A stretch of 63,412 nucleotides of DNA, counting the filler, from Octopus bimaculoides (taxonomy: Eukaryota), in NCBI RefSeq assembly GCF_001194135.2. It is 4 parts of 4 records of this genome, joined end to end, with 100 filler letters (N's around TTAATTAATTAA, not from the genome) between each part and the next. Parts side by side here need not be neighbours in the genome. Positions count along the whole stretch, not along the records: positions 1 to 30,349 come from NC_068988.1; 3 more parts are not named here. One strand, 5' to 3'. The notes below the pieces were generated by a model that ran no database searches, was not told where the DNA came from, and saw only the letters and a program-made list of their open reading frames with translations. The position numbers and the translations under genes were made by a program. Below, in pieces: positions 1-13,020 of the stretch (positions are counted from its first letter, which is position 1; every line of letters starts with the position of its first letter).

Positions 1-66
1 AGGTGCCATGCAGTGGGACTGAACCCAGAACCATGTGGTTGGGAAGCATGATTCTTACCACACACC
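1..66 (-). mobile_element. SINE family A, 5' (tRNA-like) part, cut by the window edge
   Basis: Reverse complement of the head seen at 54281, 57821 and 14136 (aagcttgcttcccaaccacatggttc..gggttcagtcccactgc.tggcacc). Confidence 0.8.
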
Positions 67-133
67 TACGCCTGCGTCTATGTATGTGTGTGTGTGCGTC
101 AGTCTGTCTGTTTGTCTGTGTGTTTAAATATGC

Positions 134-187
<54 letters not shown>

Positions 188-697
188 AGAGATAGATAGA
201 CTGATAGATAGATACATACATATAAACATATATCATACATATATGTATATATATGTATCTATTTTTTACTGAGTACGTATAAAATATTCACCTATTTGAA
301 TTCTACGATACATAGCCATTTATATAAATGAGCCACTTTAACCATTTATATATAATAAATATGTTTTTACGTTTTATCTGTCTACCCCCTGCATCTCGTT
401 GACGTCTTCGTTTTATTTATTATTTACAATCCTTCACTTCAAATTCAAATTTATAATCTACATTTTATACAATTTTTCTATGTCGTTTTTTCCTAGACTT
501 GCAATTGTGTATTCACTGAATTTCTTTTCTTTATGTTATATTCAGAAAAGATCCAATAACGTTGAAGCGTTTGTGCAACTGTCATTTACTCGTTTATAGA
601 AATTTTATTCACTCGTTTCTTTTGTACTGTGTCTATATTTTTAGTTTCGGCAGAGTCTCAGTCATCGCAGATGAAACACGTGATTAACTCATTTTGA

Positions 698-764
<67 letters not shown>

Positions 765-1121
765 CTCACACACACACNNNNNNNNNNNNNNNNNNNNNNN
801 NNNNNNNNNNNNNNNNNNNNNNNNNNNNNNNNNNNNNNNNNNNNNNNNNNNNNNNNNNNNNNNNNNNNNNNNNNNNNNNNNTATATATATTACGGAGATG
901 TACTTGCATAGCAAGTGACCTGATCTGAGATCGTGTGCTGAAACAAAAGCAATTGCAGCGTGGAAGGTGTTTATAAGCCATTTAAAAACACACACAAAAA
1001 CCGTTAGATTCACTTCAACATTTAAATTTAATTTGCCAAAATATTTTCGTCGCTTTGAGACCACGACATGTTCACTGACAAAATTCTGTGCTGCATCACT
1101 TTTGTCAGTGAACAGGTCACG

Positions 1122-1129
1122 GTGATGAA

Positions 1130-1173
<44 letters not shown>

Positions 1174-1290
1174 CGACGACGACGATGATGAAGGTGATGA
1201 TGATGATGACGGTGATGATGACAGTGATGATGAAAATGATGATGATGACGACGACGACGATGATGATGACGATGACAGTATCGACTATGA
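1122..1290. repeat. Compound (GAT)n/(GAC)n microsatellite
   Basis: Seen directly. It produces the poly-Met and poly-His ORFs. Confidence 0.95.
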
Positions 1291-1320
1291 TAATGAGAAG
1301 GAGAAATAGGAGGAGGATGA

Positions 1321-1558
1321 AGAGACATCGATAGAAATAGAAAAACGGAAATGTAAAAATTTAAGACAATGCTAGAAAAACAATAAGGCCGGAACATGCT
1401 CACACAATCTTGGTGAAATGAGCCCTTCTTGGTCAAAACCCAGGAAAATAAGACGGCAAAGATGGTGAATGTGCGTGGGAGATAAAGTGGTTTTTAGAAA
1501 CGATTTCTAAATTATCATCATCACCATCATCATCCTCATAATGACGACGACGACGACA

Positions 1559-1629
<71 letters not shown>

Positions 1630-2043
1630 GATGATGATGATGATGATGACGTTGGTGACAATGGCGATACTCATAGTAGCAGAGAATATGAACATAGCGA
1701 ATGAATATGTCCTGACAAAAGGATTTTCCTTAACAAAAGGAGTATTTCCTCACGCAAGTAAATATCGAAGAGACAAGGAAATAAGTGAATGGAATATTCA
1801 AAAGCAAGAAGTAAAAAGGAAATCCAAGATGGTGGAATACAATGGAGAGCATGGACACGAGACATCGATAGAAATAGGAAAAACGGAAATGTAAAAATTT
1901 AAGACAATGCTAGAAAAACAATAAGGCCGGAACATACACACGCAAGCTTGGTGAAATGAGCCCTTCTTGGCCAAAGCCCAGGAAAATAAGACGGCAAAGA
2001 TGGCGAATATGCGTAGGAGATAAAGTGGTTTTAGAAATGATAA
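1321..2043 (+). repeat. ~185-bp direct repeat (1321-1505 and 1859-2043), with a (GAT)n tract at ~1540-1650 between the copies
   Basis: gagacatcgatagaaatag...gataaagtggttt(t)tagaaa occurs twice with scattered substitutions. Confidence 0.9.
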
Positions 2044-2640
2044 TCATTCATGAGGGTGGTGGCCGTGTAGATTTATCAGAGCGTTGAAATACACACACGT
2101 GCGCGCGCATAAATATATAAACACGCACTCACAAATACACACGCAATACAAACACAAAATGGAGAAACTTGTGTGGTTGTTTTTCCTCTTATTTTCTAGC
2201 TGTTGTTGTAGAATAAGGTAGGTTTTGGTTAGGTATGTCGATAATAACCACACAACAGTTCGTTTGGGTTTCTGTTATGTCTTCGGGGGTTTGAATATCT
2301 CGTCGCCAATAATGTTATGACGACGTTGGGGTATTCACAATGGCGTAGGAATAATATTAACCAAATAAATATCGCAAAATTAAATATGTTCACACAGAAC
2401 GTGCTCCGTACTACGCCAAACGTAGCTACGATATTAAACTAACCCAGTAATCCATAACGAACTGTCAACGCTGTCAACTGCTCGCTGTCAACTCTGTCAT
2501 CTGCTCGCTGTCAACCAGACTTCCTTATTTTATTGAAATGCGTTTGTCAAATCTTAGTCACGTGAGGGTGGTCAGAATCCTTCCACCACAATTTCCAAAT
2601 ATGTTAAGTATAACCCCACTGTATGTACATTCAATATTGT

Positions 2641-2858
2641 GACAGAATCGTTAGGACGCCGGGCTAAATGCTTAGCGGTATTTCATGTCTTTACGTTCTG
2701 AGTTCAAATCCCGCCGAGGTCAACTTAGCCTTTCATCCTTTCGGGGTCGACTAAATAAGTACCAGTTACGCACTGGGTCGATGTAATCGACTTAATCCCT
2801 CCGTCTGTCCTTGTTTGTCCCCTCTATTTTTAGCCCCTTGTAGGCAATAATGAAATAA
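2641..2858 (+). mobile_element. tRNA-derived SINE family B, copy 1
   Basis: A-box-like cagaatcgttag, B-box gagttcaaatcc, and central domain ccgaggtc..gcctttcatcctttcggggtcga shared by several copies. Confidence 0.85.
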
Positions 2859-3060
2859 GAAACGTTAGCACGCCGGGCGAAATGCTTTGCGGTATTTTCT
2901 CTGTCTTTACGTTCTGAGTTCAAATTCCGCCGAGGTCGACTTTGCCTTTCATTCTTTCGGGGTCGATAAATTAAGTACCAGTTACATACAGAGGTCGATC
3001 TAAGTGACTGGCCTCTTCCCAAAAAATTTCGAGTTTTGTGCCTAGAGTAGAAAAGAATAT
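2859..3060 (+). mobile_element. tRNA-derived SINE family B, copy 2 (head-to-tail with copy 1)
   Basis: aacgttagcacgccgggcgaaatgc...gagttcaaattccgccgaggtcgactttgcctttc. Confidence 0.85.
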
Positions 3061-3122
3061 TGATACGTTGCATGCGAATCATTACATCTAATGAATATTC
3101 CCGACTGATGCACATGTACTTA

Positions 3123-3472
3123 GGCGCAGGCGTGGCTGGATAGAAAGAAGATTGCTTCCCAGCCACATGGTTCTGAGTTCAGTCCCACAGCGTGTCACCT
3201 TGGATAAGTGTCTTTCACTATTGCCTCGTCCGACCAAGGCTTTGCGAGCGGATTTGGTAGATGGAAACTGAAAGAAGCCCGTTGTATATACTCATATATC
3301 TATGTGCGTGTGTCTTTGTGTTTGTGTTTACCACCACCTCTTACCTCATGACCTCAAACACAGTTTGCGGCCCTGTAACTTAGCAGTTCGGCAAAAGATA
3401 CCGATAGAATAAGTAACAGGTTTTTCAAAAAAGCATTGTGGTTAATTCATTCGACTAAAAATTCTTTAAGGT
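3123..3472 (+). mobile_element. SINE family A, near full length, decayed
   Basis: Head, body (ccttgg..aagtgtct..ggatttggtaga.ggaaactgaaagaagccc) and tail match the 57821-58236 copy. Confidence 0.85.
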
Positions 3473-3530
3473 GTGTGCATGTGTGTATGTGTGTGTGTGC
3501 GTGCGTGTGTGTGTGTGTATGTGCGTGTGT

Positions 3531-3563
<33 letters not shown>

Positions 3564-4580
3564 CGTTTTTAACTGTTGAACTTGAAGTAGATAAAGCTCC
3601 AAATTATAGAGTGTAAATATTGGATTCACGTTCTCTCGAATTTTCTGAATTCTTATGACGTACACCGTGTGTGTATNNNNNNNNNNNNNNNNNNNNNNNN
3701 NNNNNNNNNNNNNNNNNNNNNNNNNNNNNNNNNNNNNNNNNNNNNNNNNNNNNNNNNNNNNNNNNNNNNNNNNNNNNNNNNNNNNNNNNNNNNNNNNNNN
3801 NNNNNNNNNNNNNNNNNNNNNNNNNNNNNNNNNNNNNNNNNNNNNNNNNNNNNNNNNNNNNNNNNNNNNNNNNNNNNNNNNNNNNNNNNNNNNNNNNNNN
3901 NNNNNNNNNNNNNNNNNNNNNNNNNNNNNNNNNNNNNNNNNNNNNNNNNNNNNNNNNNNNNNNNNNNNNNNNNNNNNNNNNNNNNNNNNNNNNNNNNNNN
4001 NNNNNNNNNNNNNNNNNNNNNNNNNNNNNNNNNTATATGAATGTATATGTATATATATATGTATGTATACATGTATGAAAATACACATACGCACACACAT
4101 TTAGAGTATTAGTGTAAAAGCTCCGAAAATATATATAAACAAGTCATTTTTAGCGATGTACTTTGGAGTAAATACAAATGAAATAATGGCTTACGACATT
4201 GGGTTCAAAGTCGTCGACGGAGAAAGATGGAGTTTCGCTTTGTATTATTCAATAACATTCTAACTCAATCTACTATGAATTATTGCTTATAGATGTAATC
4301 ATTCGAGATACTCCATAGAATGAGTTATACACCCACCCACACACACACTTCCATCCATCCATACATACATATGTGTGTGTCTGTATGTATGTAGATAGGT
4401 AAATAAGTAAGTAGGTAGGTGGATAGAAAGATAGGTAGTCAAATATAAATAGGAGGATATTTTCTACCAAATATACATTCGTACATATCTACTTTCATAC
4501 ATACATGCATATTTTCATGCATACATTAACATACATACACACATACATTCATACATCCTAAAAGCATAAAATATTCTTCT

Positions 4581-4627
4581 CGAGCCATAAGCTCATAAGG
4601 CCGGTTTCCCGGATTCGAGGCGTATGG

Positions 4628-4680
<53 letters not shown>

Positions 4681-4810
4681 GTTTTTGCCAGTTGGCTGAA
4701 CAGGCGCAATGTGAAATAATGTGTTTTCTTCAAGAACACAACATATTGCTGGGTCTAGGAATCGAAGCCCTACTGTTTCGATCATGAGTGAACTCTCTAA
4801 AGGCTGAGTA
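4581..4810 (-). mobile_element. SINE-like repeat with an internal (CA)n tract
   Basis: tRNA-like head on the minus strand (ctaggaatcgaa..). A related segment tgtgaaataaagtgtcttgctcaaggacacaa occurs at 61944. Confidence 0.55.
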
Positions 4811-4837
4811 ACACTCCTTTATTTATATATATATACA

Positions 4838-4868
<31 letters not shown>

Positions 4869-4882
4869 TGGTTGGTTTGGTT

Positions 4883-5261
4883 GGCACTCCGTCGGTTACG
4901 ACGACGAGGGTTCCAGTTGATCCGATCAACGGAACAGCCTGCTCGTGAAATTAATGTGTAAATTGGCTGAGCACTCCACAGACACGTGTACCCTTAACGT
5001 AGTTCTCGGGGAGATTCAGTGTGACACAGAGTGTGACAAGGCTGGCCCTTTGAAATACAGGTACAACAGAAACAGGAAGAAAGAGTGAGAGAAAGTTGTG
5101 ATGAAAGCGTACAGCAGGATTCGCCACCATCCCCTGCCGGAGCCTCGTGGAACCTTAGGTGTTTTCGCTCAATAAACACTCACAACGCCTGGTCTAGGAA
5201 TCGAAACCGCGATCCTACGACCGTTAATCCGCTGCCCTAACCACTAGGCCATTGCGCCTCC
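4883..5261 (-). mobile_element. tRNA-derived SINE family C, near full length
   Basis: The minus strand starts ggaggcgcaatggcctagtggttagggcagcgg (A box) and ggtttcgattcctagacc (B box). Its 3' part recurs at 61735-61920 and a head remnant at ~52350-52400. Confidence 0.8.
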
Positions 5262-5968
5262 ATACATACATACATACATACATACATACATACATACATA
5301 CATACATACATCGAATCCCCTGTTAGTGAATACGTACACAAATACCAGCACAAGGAATACTGCTGGAATATTCCCATCAAAACATCTGTCATAACTAGCC
5401 GGATATTGTTGTTTGGAACAGACAAGAAAAAGTAAGTACCGTCATAGAGGTCAGCTGTCTTGCTGATCCGAATATCTCATTGAAAATCAAAGGGAAAGAA
5501 GATAATTATGGGCAAATGCTTCGAAGCCTCCAGCTTCTAATCCAGATTACAAATTAACATTTTTATCAATAATAATTCGAGCTTCTCAAAACCAGAAAAG
5601 AGAAAGCTAATTTGGAGACTACAGATCCAATCCATCACTGGAACTGTAAACATCTGTAAAACTTGCCAGAAGTTTATCATTTAAATATATACGAACATGT
5701 CTAGATATGTAACTATATGCATAAGAATATATACATAAAAGATATAAATCTGCACATACATACATACATACATACATACATACATACATACATACATACA
5801 TGCATACATATATACATACATACATACATACATGCATACATACATACAAACAAAAATACCCTGTTGATGTTGAAATTCCAATGAAGGAGCCTTGGATTTA
5901 AGTTAGAAACCGATTGTTTCTCTATTGAAAAGAAATCTTGAAATAAACTGAATAATAACATACATACA

Positions 5969-5999
<31 letters not shown>

Positions 6000-6992
6000 T
6001 CATATACACATACAGGGTGACACTCGAAGATATTGGATCGAACTAAACAAAACGACGGGGAAGTAAAANNNNNNNNNNNNNNNNNNNNNNNNNNNNNNNN
6101 NNNNNNNNNNNNNNNNNNNNNNNNNNNNNNNNNNNNNNNNNNNNNNNNNNNNNNNNNNNNNNNNNNNNNNNNNNNNNNNNNNNNNNNNNNNNNNNNNNNN
6201 NNNNNNNNNNNNNNNNNNNNNNNNNNNNNNNNNNNNNNNNNNNNNNNNNNNNNNNNNNNNNNNNNNNNNNNNNNNNNNNNNNNNNNNNNNNNNNNNNNNN
6301 NNNNNNNNNNNNNNNNNNNNNNNNNNNNNNNNNNNNNNNNNNNNNNNNNNNNNNNNNNNNNNNNNNNNNNNNNNNNNNNNNNNNNNNNNNNNNNNNNNNN
6401 NNNNNNNNNNNNNNNNNNNNNNNNNNNNNNNNNNNNNNNNNNNNNNNNNNNNNNNNNNNNNNNNNNNNNNNNNNNNNNNNNNNNNNNNNNNNNNNNNNNN
6501 NNNNNNNNNNNNNNNNNNNNNNNNNNNNNNNNNNNNNNNNNNNNNNNNNNNNNNNNNNNNNNNNNNNNNNNNNNNNNNNNNNNNNNNNNNNNNNNNNNNN
6601 NNNNNNNNNNNNNNNNNNNNNNNNNNNNNNNNNNNNNNNGTTTGTGTGTGTGTGTGTGTGTGTGCGTTTCGTTGTTTGATTCTGTATGTATGTTTCTATG
6701 TGGTGTGTTCTGTGTATGTGTGTATGTGGGTGTATAGGTGTGTGTGTGTGTGTGTGTGTGTGCGTGCGTATCTTATTGCAATGTATTTTGTGTTTTGTGT
6801 CTTGTGTGATAACTTTTTGTCTTTGGTTTCTACAGCTTATGTCATGTGAAATTAAGGCGTATCTTTATATGATTGAGTGATTATAGATTTGTGTGTGCAA
6901 AAGTTCCTATATGTGTGCTTATTAATGTATGTGCATGTGCATGTATGTGCTGTGTGTGTGTGTGTATATGTANNNNNNNNNNCATACATACA

Positions 6993-7023
<31 letters not shown>

Positions 7024-7518
7024 TCATATACACATACAGGGTGACACTCGAAGATATTGGATCGAACTAAACAAAACGACGGGGAAGTAAAACAAAAGCG
7101 CAAACTAAATCACAGAAATAATTTATAGACTTTTTTTCAAAAACGCAAAGAATCATACACAGAAGCAGACATATCTGTGTAAATAAGAGCCAAAGTTTAC
7201 GGAAGAGGAAACAAGTTTTTAGGAATTTTAATATCAATAACGGTACGGATATTGTCAACAACGGGGACTCTATTATCTGCTTAAACAACAGCTGTAGGCT
7301 ATTACTTTATCTTTCAAAGAAATTGGTGTTGTCCAATCAATGAAAGTGTTTGACCAGCTGTCATACAATTCACGCCAATTCTTCCAGTTTTCTGTCTTTC
7401 AATTTTCGGTAAATGTAAATCCCATTCAGCATTCGATTCCTGTATTCTAATCTACTAATGTAATGCAAAGTAACACAGTGTGTCCATGTAATATAACGTT
7501 AGTGTGAAGTTGTAAGTG

Positions 7519-7569
<51 letters not shown>

Positions 7570-8244
7570 GCGTTTCGTTGTTTGATTCTGTATGTATGTT
7601 TCTATGTGGTGTGTTCTGTGTATGTGTGTATGTGGGTGTATAGGTGTGTGTGTGTGTGTGTGTGTGTGTGNNNNNNNNNNNNNNNNNNNNNNNNNNNNNN
7701 NNNNNNNNNNNNNNNNNNNNNNNNNNNNNNNNNNNNNNNNNNNNNNNNNNNNNNNNNNNNNNNNNNNNNNNNNNNNNNNNNNNNNNNNNNNNNNNNNNNN
7801 NNNNNNNNNNNNNNNNNNNNNNNNNNNNNNNNNNNNNNNNNNNNNNNNNNNNNNNNNNNNNNNNNNNNNNNNNNNNNNNNNNNNNNNNNNNNNNNNNNNN
7901 NNNNNNNNNNNNNNNNNNNNNNNNNNNNNNNNNNNNNNNNNNNNNNNNNNNNNNNNNNNNNNNNNNNNNNNNNNNNNNNNNNNNNNNNNNNNNNNNNNNN
8001 NNNNNNNNNNNNNNNNNNNNNNNNNNNNNNNNNNNNNNNNNNNNNNNNNNNNNNNNNNNNNNNNNNNNNNNNNNNNNNNNNNNNNNNNNNNNNNNNNNNN
8101 NNNNNNNNNNNNNNNNNNNNNNNNNNNNNNNNNNNNNNNNNNNNNNNNNNNNNNNNNNNNNNNNNNNNNNNNNNNNNNNNNNNNNNNNNNNNNNNNNNNN
8201 NNNNNNNNNNNNNNNNNNNNNNNNNNNNNNNNNNNNNNNNNNNN

Positions 8245-8281
<37 letters not shown>

Positions 8282-8411
8282 CTGGCCAGCTCGCCTGACC
8301 AGCGGGGTTGCATCACTCGAAAAATACAATGATACAAAGCGCATTGTCAGCAGCGATGTATAACAGCATCTGATAGTCTGGTCAATTATGTGATGCAATA
8401 TTCTATTACAC

Positions 8412-8612
8412 GTTTCAGTCATCTGACTGCCGCCATTCCAGAGCGCCGCCTTAAAGGATTTTAGTCGAAGAAATCGCCCCCAGGACTTATTCTTTATAAG
8501 CCTAGTACCTATTCTACCCGCCTTTTTTGCCGAACCGCTAGATTACAGGGACGTAAACATATCAACATCGGTTGTCAAGCGATGGTAGGGAGGACAAACA
8601 CAGACACAAAGA
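8412..8612 (-). mobile_element. SINE family A, 3' half
   Basis: cccaggacttattcttt.taagcctagtac.tattcta..gccgaaccgcta matches the reverse complement of 58060-58230. Confidence 0.8.
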
Positions 8613-8689
8613 TACACGCACATAAATACATCTTGGAAACACTTGACAACATCGAAACTGTAATCACGTTGGGGCAATCCTTTAGTCAT

Positions 8690-8950
8690 CCAACTAACAT
8701 GATCATTGAATGGCGTCGAGGGCATGCTTACTTACTGTGGCCATCTCACTTTTCATTAGGGGAATCAGCATATGTTTGATATTGCAGAGAAAATTTGATT
8801 TGTGGTCCTTAAGGATAACGTAGGTGAGCTGCATGTTGAAGAAATCCATGGCGTAGTCTGGCTACATCCCTTTCATATATAGCCTCATTCTCGGTTGCAA
8901 TGTTAGTTGTTTTTTGTGTGTTCTGATAATGTTGTTAGATACGAACTTGA
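8690..8950 (-). mobile_element. Penelope-like element RT fragment (Naiad-like), decayed
   Basis: The minus strand translates to TYVILKDHKSNFLCNIKHMLIPLMKSEMATVSKHALDAI, resembling the PLE motif (A)FITLKDHKxNF..CRLINPxKSExG.VSK as I recall it. Confidence 0.6.
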
Positions 8951-9719
8951 TTTGGCTTGCGAAACACAGCGTAGTATATAATATATCATATATATATATA
9001 TATATATATATATANNNNNNNNNNNNNNNNNNNNNNNNNNNNNNNNNNNNNNNNNNNNNNNNNNNNNNNNNNNNNNNNNNNNNNNNNNNNNNNNNNNNNN
9101 NNNNNNNNNNNNNNNNNNNNNNNNNNNNNNNNNNNNNNNNNNNNNNNNNNNNNNNNNNNNNNNNNNNNNNNNNNNNNNNNNNNNNNNNNNNNNNNNNNNN
9201 NNNNNNNNNNNNNNNNNNNNNNNNNNNNNNNNNNNNNNNNNNNNNNNNNNNNNNNNNNNNNNNNNNNNNNNNNNNNNNNNNNNNNNNNNNNNNNNNNNNN
9301 NNNNNNNNNNNNNNNNNNNNNNNNNNNNNNNNNNNNNNNNNNNNNNNNNNNNNNNNNNNNNNNNNNNNNNNNNNNNNNNNNNNNNNNNNNNNNNNNNNNN
9401 NNNNNNNNNNNNNNNNNNNNNNNNNNNNNNNNNNNNNNNNNNNNNNNNNNNNNNNNNNNNNNNNNNNNNNNNNNNNNNNNNNNNNNNNNNNNNNNNNNNN
9501 NNNNNNNNNNNNNNNNNNNNNNNNNNNNNNNNNNNNNNNNNNNNNNNNNNNNNNNNNNNNNNNNNNNNNNNNNNNNNNNNNNNNNNNNNNNNNNNNNNNN
9601 NNNNNNNNNNNNNNNNNNNNNNNNNNNNNNNNNNNNNNNNNNNNNNNNNNNNNNNNNNNNNNNNNNNNNNNNNNNNNNNNNNNNGTGTATGCATGTATGT
9701 ATGTATGTATGTGTGTGTG

Positions 9720-9752
<33 letters not shown>

Positions 9753-9753
9753 T

Positions 9754-9799
<46 letters not shown>

Positions 9800-9800
9800 C
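9720..9800. repeat. (GATA)n microsatellite
   Basis: Seen directly. Confidence 0.95.
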
Positions 9801-10677
9801 ATAGATATAATTTCCTGTACATGTGTGCGCATCATTACATTAAGTCAAAGCGTTTTAATTGACTTGATGCGCGTCATCTTGTGTGTAGATATATGTATGA
9901 GCATGTTTGTAAATGTTTTTGTGACTTTATGGATATGCGTACATGACTCTGAGTATGTGTGGCGGTTATAGTAGGCATCTTCCTCGGATGATATCGTCTA
10001 GACATTCCTTCACCACCTCATTAAATTTCTAAGGCTACTTTTGAAAAAGATTCCGCAGGTTAGAAGTGCATAACGCAGATCGATAATAGAAAAATAATTT
10101 GGCTAACGTTTCTCGCAAAAGGGTTTAAAATGGACGCTGATGTTTAGTGAGTCCACGCATGCGGAAAACGGAGAAGGGCTCCGGAATTATGTGGAGACTT
10201 GTTCAGACTAATGTCACATGCGGTCAGCTTTGCCGACGTACGGGCGGAATGCCTATTTCAGAAATCAGTCGCGCCTGGTTCCAAGATATTTAACTATCTA
10301 AATCTAAGCATTATCTCTTATTTTTGATTTTTTAATGGCGGCTTTGTTTAACCATGCGAAATTAAAAATGTGTAGGAATGTGAATTGCGGTTTTTCCTGT
10401 ACAGAATCCGGAGAATAGCCATATAATATGGTGCCAGATGGGAAAGAATTTTTAAATATTGAAGCTTAGATTTATGGGAATGAGACGTGGAGGTTGCTTG
10501 GAATATAATTCGCGATAATATTGATAATATTTAAATGGCAAATCTTCAGCGATGGAAATAGTTATACTTATTGGCTCTTTTTTTTCACTTTTTACTTTGC
10601 GAATGGGAATAATTTGTCACTGAGGATTAATGTATATCCTAAGTATGCGGACACACACACACAACACACAACACACA

Positions 10678-10735
<58 letters not shown>

Positions 10736-10742
10736 AATGTGT

Positions 10743-10786
<44 letters not shown>

Positions 10787-10935
10787 ATATATATATATAT
10801 ATATGTATACAAACATGGATATATATATATGCATATATTTGTATATGTATACACACACCCATATACATATATATATATATATATATAATAGAGAGAGAGA
10901 GAGAGAAAGAGAAAGACTAATATGCACATGTATAT

Positions 10936-10990
<55 letters not shown>

Positions 10991-11904
10991 CTTATACATA
11001 CATACATACATACATACATACATACGTATATACATTCAAATTCCGGCTCTTCACCACGTACATACCTGTAATAATCAGACTCTCTTCGGATAAAACTATT
11101 TTTCATGTGCCTCGAGACAGCTAGAACCCTGCTCTAGTCCGAAGTCACTTGGAAAGTTCACCAGCCTGCAATTCAACTATTATAATCAACAAAAAACTCG
11201 ATTTCGACATACAGATCGGGTCGTGTAAGTATTAAATGAGAAAAACATAACCTCTTTGACAAAACACTTTCATCCTTGATCAACGAAGATTTCCATAAAG
11301 ACAATATGTTCCGTAAACCATTCCGCAGCAATAATTCTTTAACCTTCGACACGATACAAGAATACACAAAAGCAGAAATTAACTGTCTTTGATAGTAATG
11401 TTTCTTAGCGGATAAATAATTGCATTGTATATCACGGTATCACATCTGCAAAAAGGCAGGTATATATATACGGAAAATTCATTTAAGGTTATATAAGCAT
11501 ATGAGCTCTTTCAAATAACCTCACAAAGAAAATCCAGCATCTCTCTCAGAGCAGATGTAGTAAACGACGAAAGAAACGTGTGATTGGAATGGACATCGTC
11601 TGGCCCTTCTCGGAGGAAGTCATTCAATTCAATGAGTGTTCAAAACGATGCAACTTATGTTTCACTCAGAAATATCATATCATGCAAATAATGTAAAGAA
11701 ATACAGATCTAATCTCAAATTGCAGACTGTTTGGCATTTTTGGTTTTTTTCATGTCAACAAAGAAATGGTGACGTAACATCTTGATGTCTGCTTCAACAA
11801 TTACGATGAAAATCAATCAGCGTGCCAGATTTCTGGATACTGTGTATATAAATAGTATATATCTAGGTATCCGTGAGCGTAAGCTTGTATGTATACTTGC
11901 ATAC

Positions 11905-11953
<49 letters not shown>

Positions 11954-12344
11954 GTCGGACATATATATATACTTATGTATGTATATACATACATACATAT
12001 GTTACATTTGTGAATAAAATAGAGAAGTACGAGTGTCCGTATTATATGCTGACATGTGTAAGAGAGAAGAAATAAAAGAGTGTGTTTATCAAGGGAAGAA
12101 CGAGAGGAAGTGGAGAAGAAGGAATAATCTATCTATACAGATAGATTAATACAATTATGTCTATGACTTTGCGAGTTCATACATACACATATACACATAC
12201 ACAGACGTACACTAACTCACAAATACTATACTACGACTACGTAACTATTTTAACAGAAAAATCATGCTTTTTCCTCTTGAGACGATCCAATAGAAATATA
12301 GGAAAATGTTTGATGTTAATATTGTTTATCAAATCAATCAATAT

Positions 12345-13020
12345 TTGATTTATTTTTATTAGTTTAGGCAGGGGAAAGGGGTTGCTGTCCACGGCCTTTA
12401 CAAGTCCTCCGAGACCGGTGAGATTGATGCGGTTAATGTTACTTTTAAATAGTTACAAGTCAATGACTACAGGAAAAACGTGTTTAGTGAAGGAATTCCG
12501 AGAGGACTGTATGTTCTGGAGAGAGATAACCTGGTGTAATGGTTAGTGCGGATCGTTAGCATGGAGAGGTGGAAACAATATGGGTAGTAAGATAATGAGT
12601 GATGAAGAATGCAGGCTTTGAATAAATATTGAACTCAAATTTTGGCACAAGGCCAGGAATTTCGGTACTTATTTTGCCAACCCGAAAGGATAAAGGGCAA
12701 AGTCGACCTCGGCGGAATTTGAACTCAGAACGTGAAGACGGACGAAATGATGACGTACTAACGATTCTGCCGGCTCGCCGCCTTAGTTTGAATAAATATT
12801 GGAATCTATGTGTTGTTTAGGAGTTGACCCTAAAAATGTGGGAATGCAAACAGGGATTCTGGCAGTGTAGAAGTGTAGCGAATAACTTTTGAAGTGTAAC
12901 TGTGTGGGAAATGATTGTAGGTATCAAAAGGACAGTTTCATAAATACGGAGTAAACGTCGGTGATTGAACGAGATACGAGATTGAATGAGAGGAATATGT
13001 TGCTGCTGTTGTTTGAATAA
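12345..13020 (-). mobile_element. 3' end of a LINE (L2/CR1/Jockey-like C-terminus), interrupted by a SINE
   Basis: The minus strand gives degenerate HPY..RTNHY...RT..LG.P...F...FKSNINRINL-like coding followed by an AATAAA-like A-rich tail near 12350. Confidence 0.5.
12632..12786 (-). mobile_element. SINE family B with a 15-bp target-site duplication
   Basis: Identical tttgaataaatattg at 12617-12631 and 12787-12801. A and B boxes are on the minus strand. Confidence 0.9.

Noticed and set aside
2641-5261. tRNA-like A and B boxes
   Set aside because: They are heads of multi-copy SINEs. No complete cloverleaf is visible, so they are not called tRNA genes.
11066-11165. Minus-strand segment with good acceptor and donor (ttgcag|...cag|gtatgt)
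   Set aside because: All three frames contain stops; only a short [14 protein letters not shown] start is possible. No homology is recognised.
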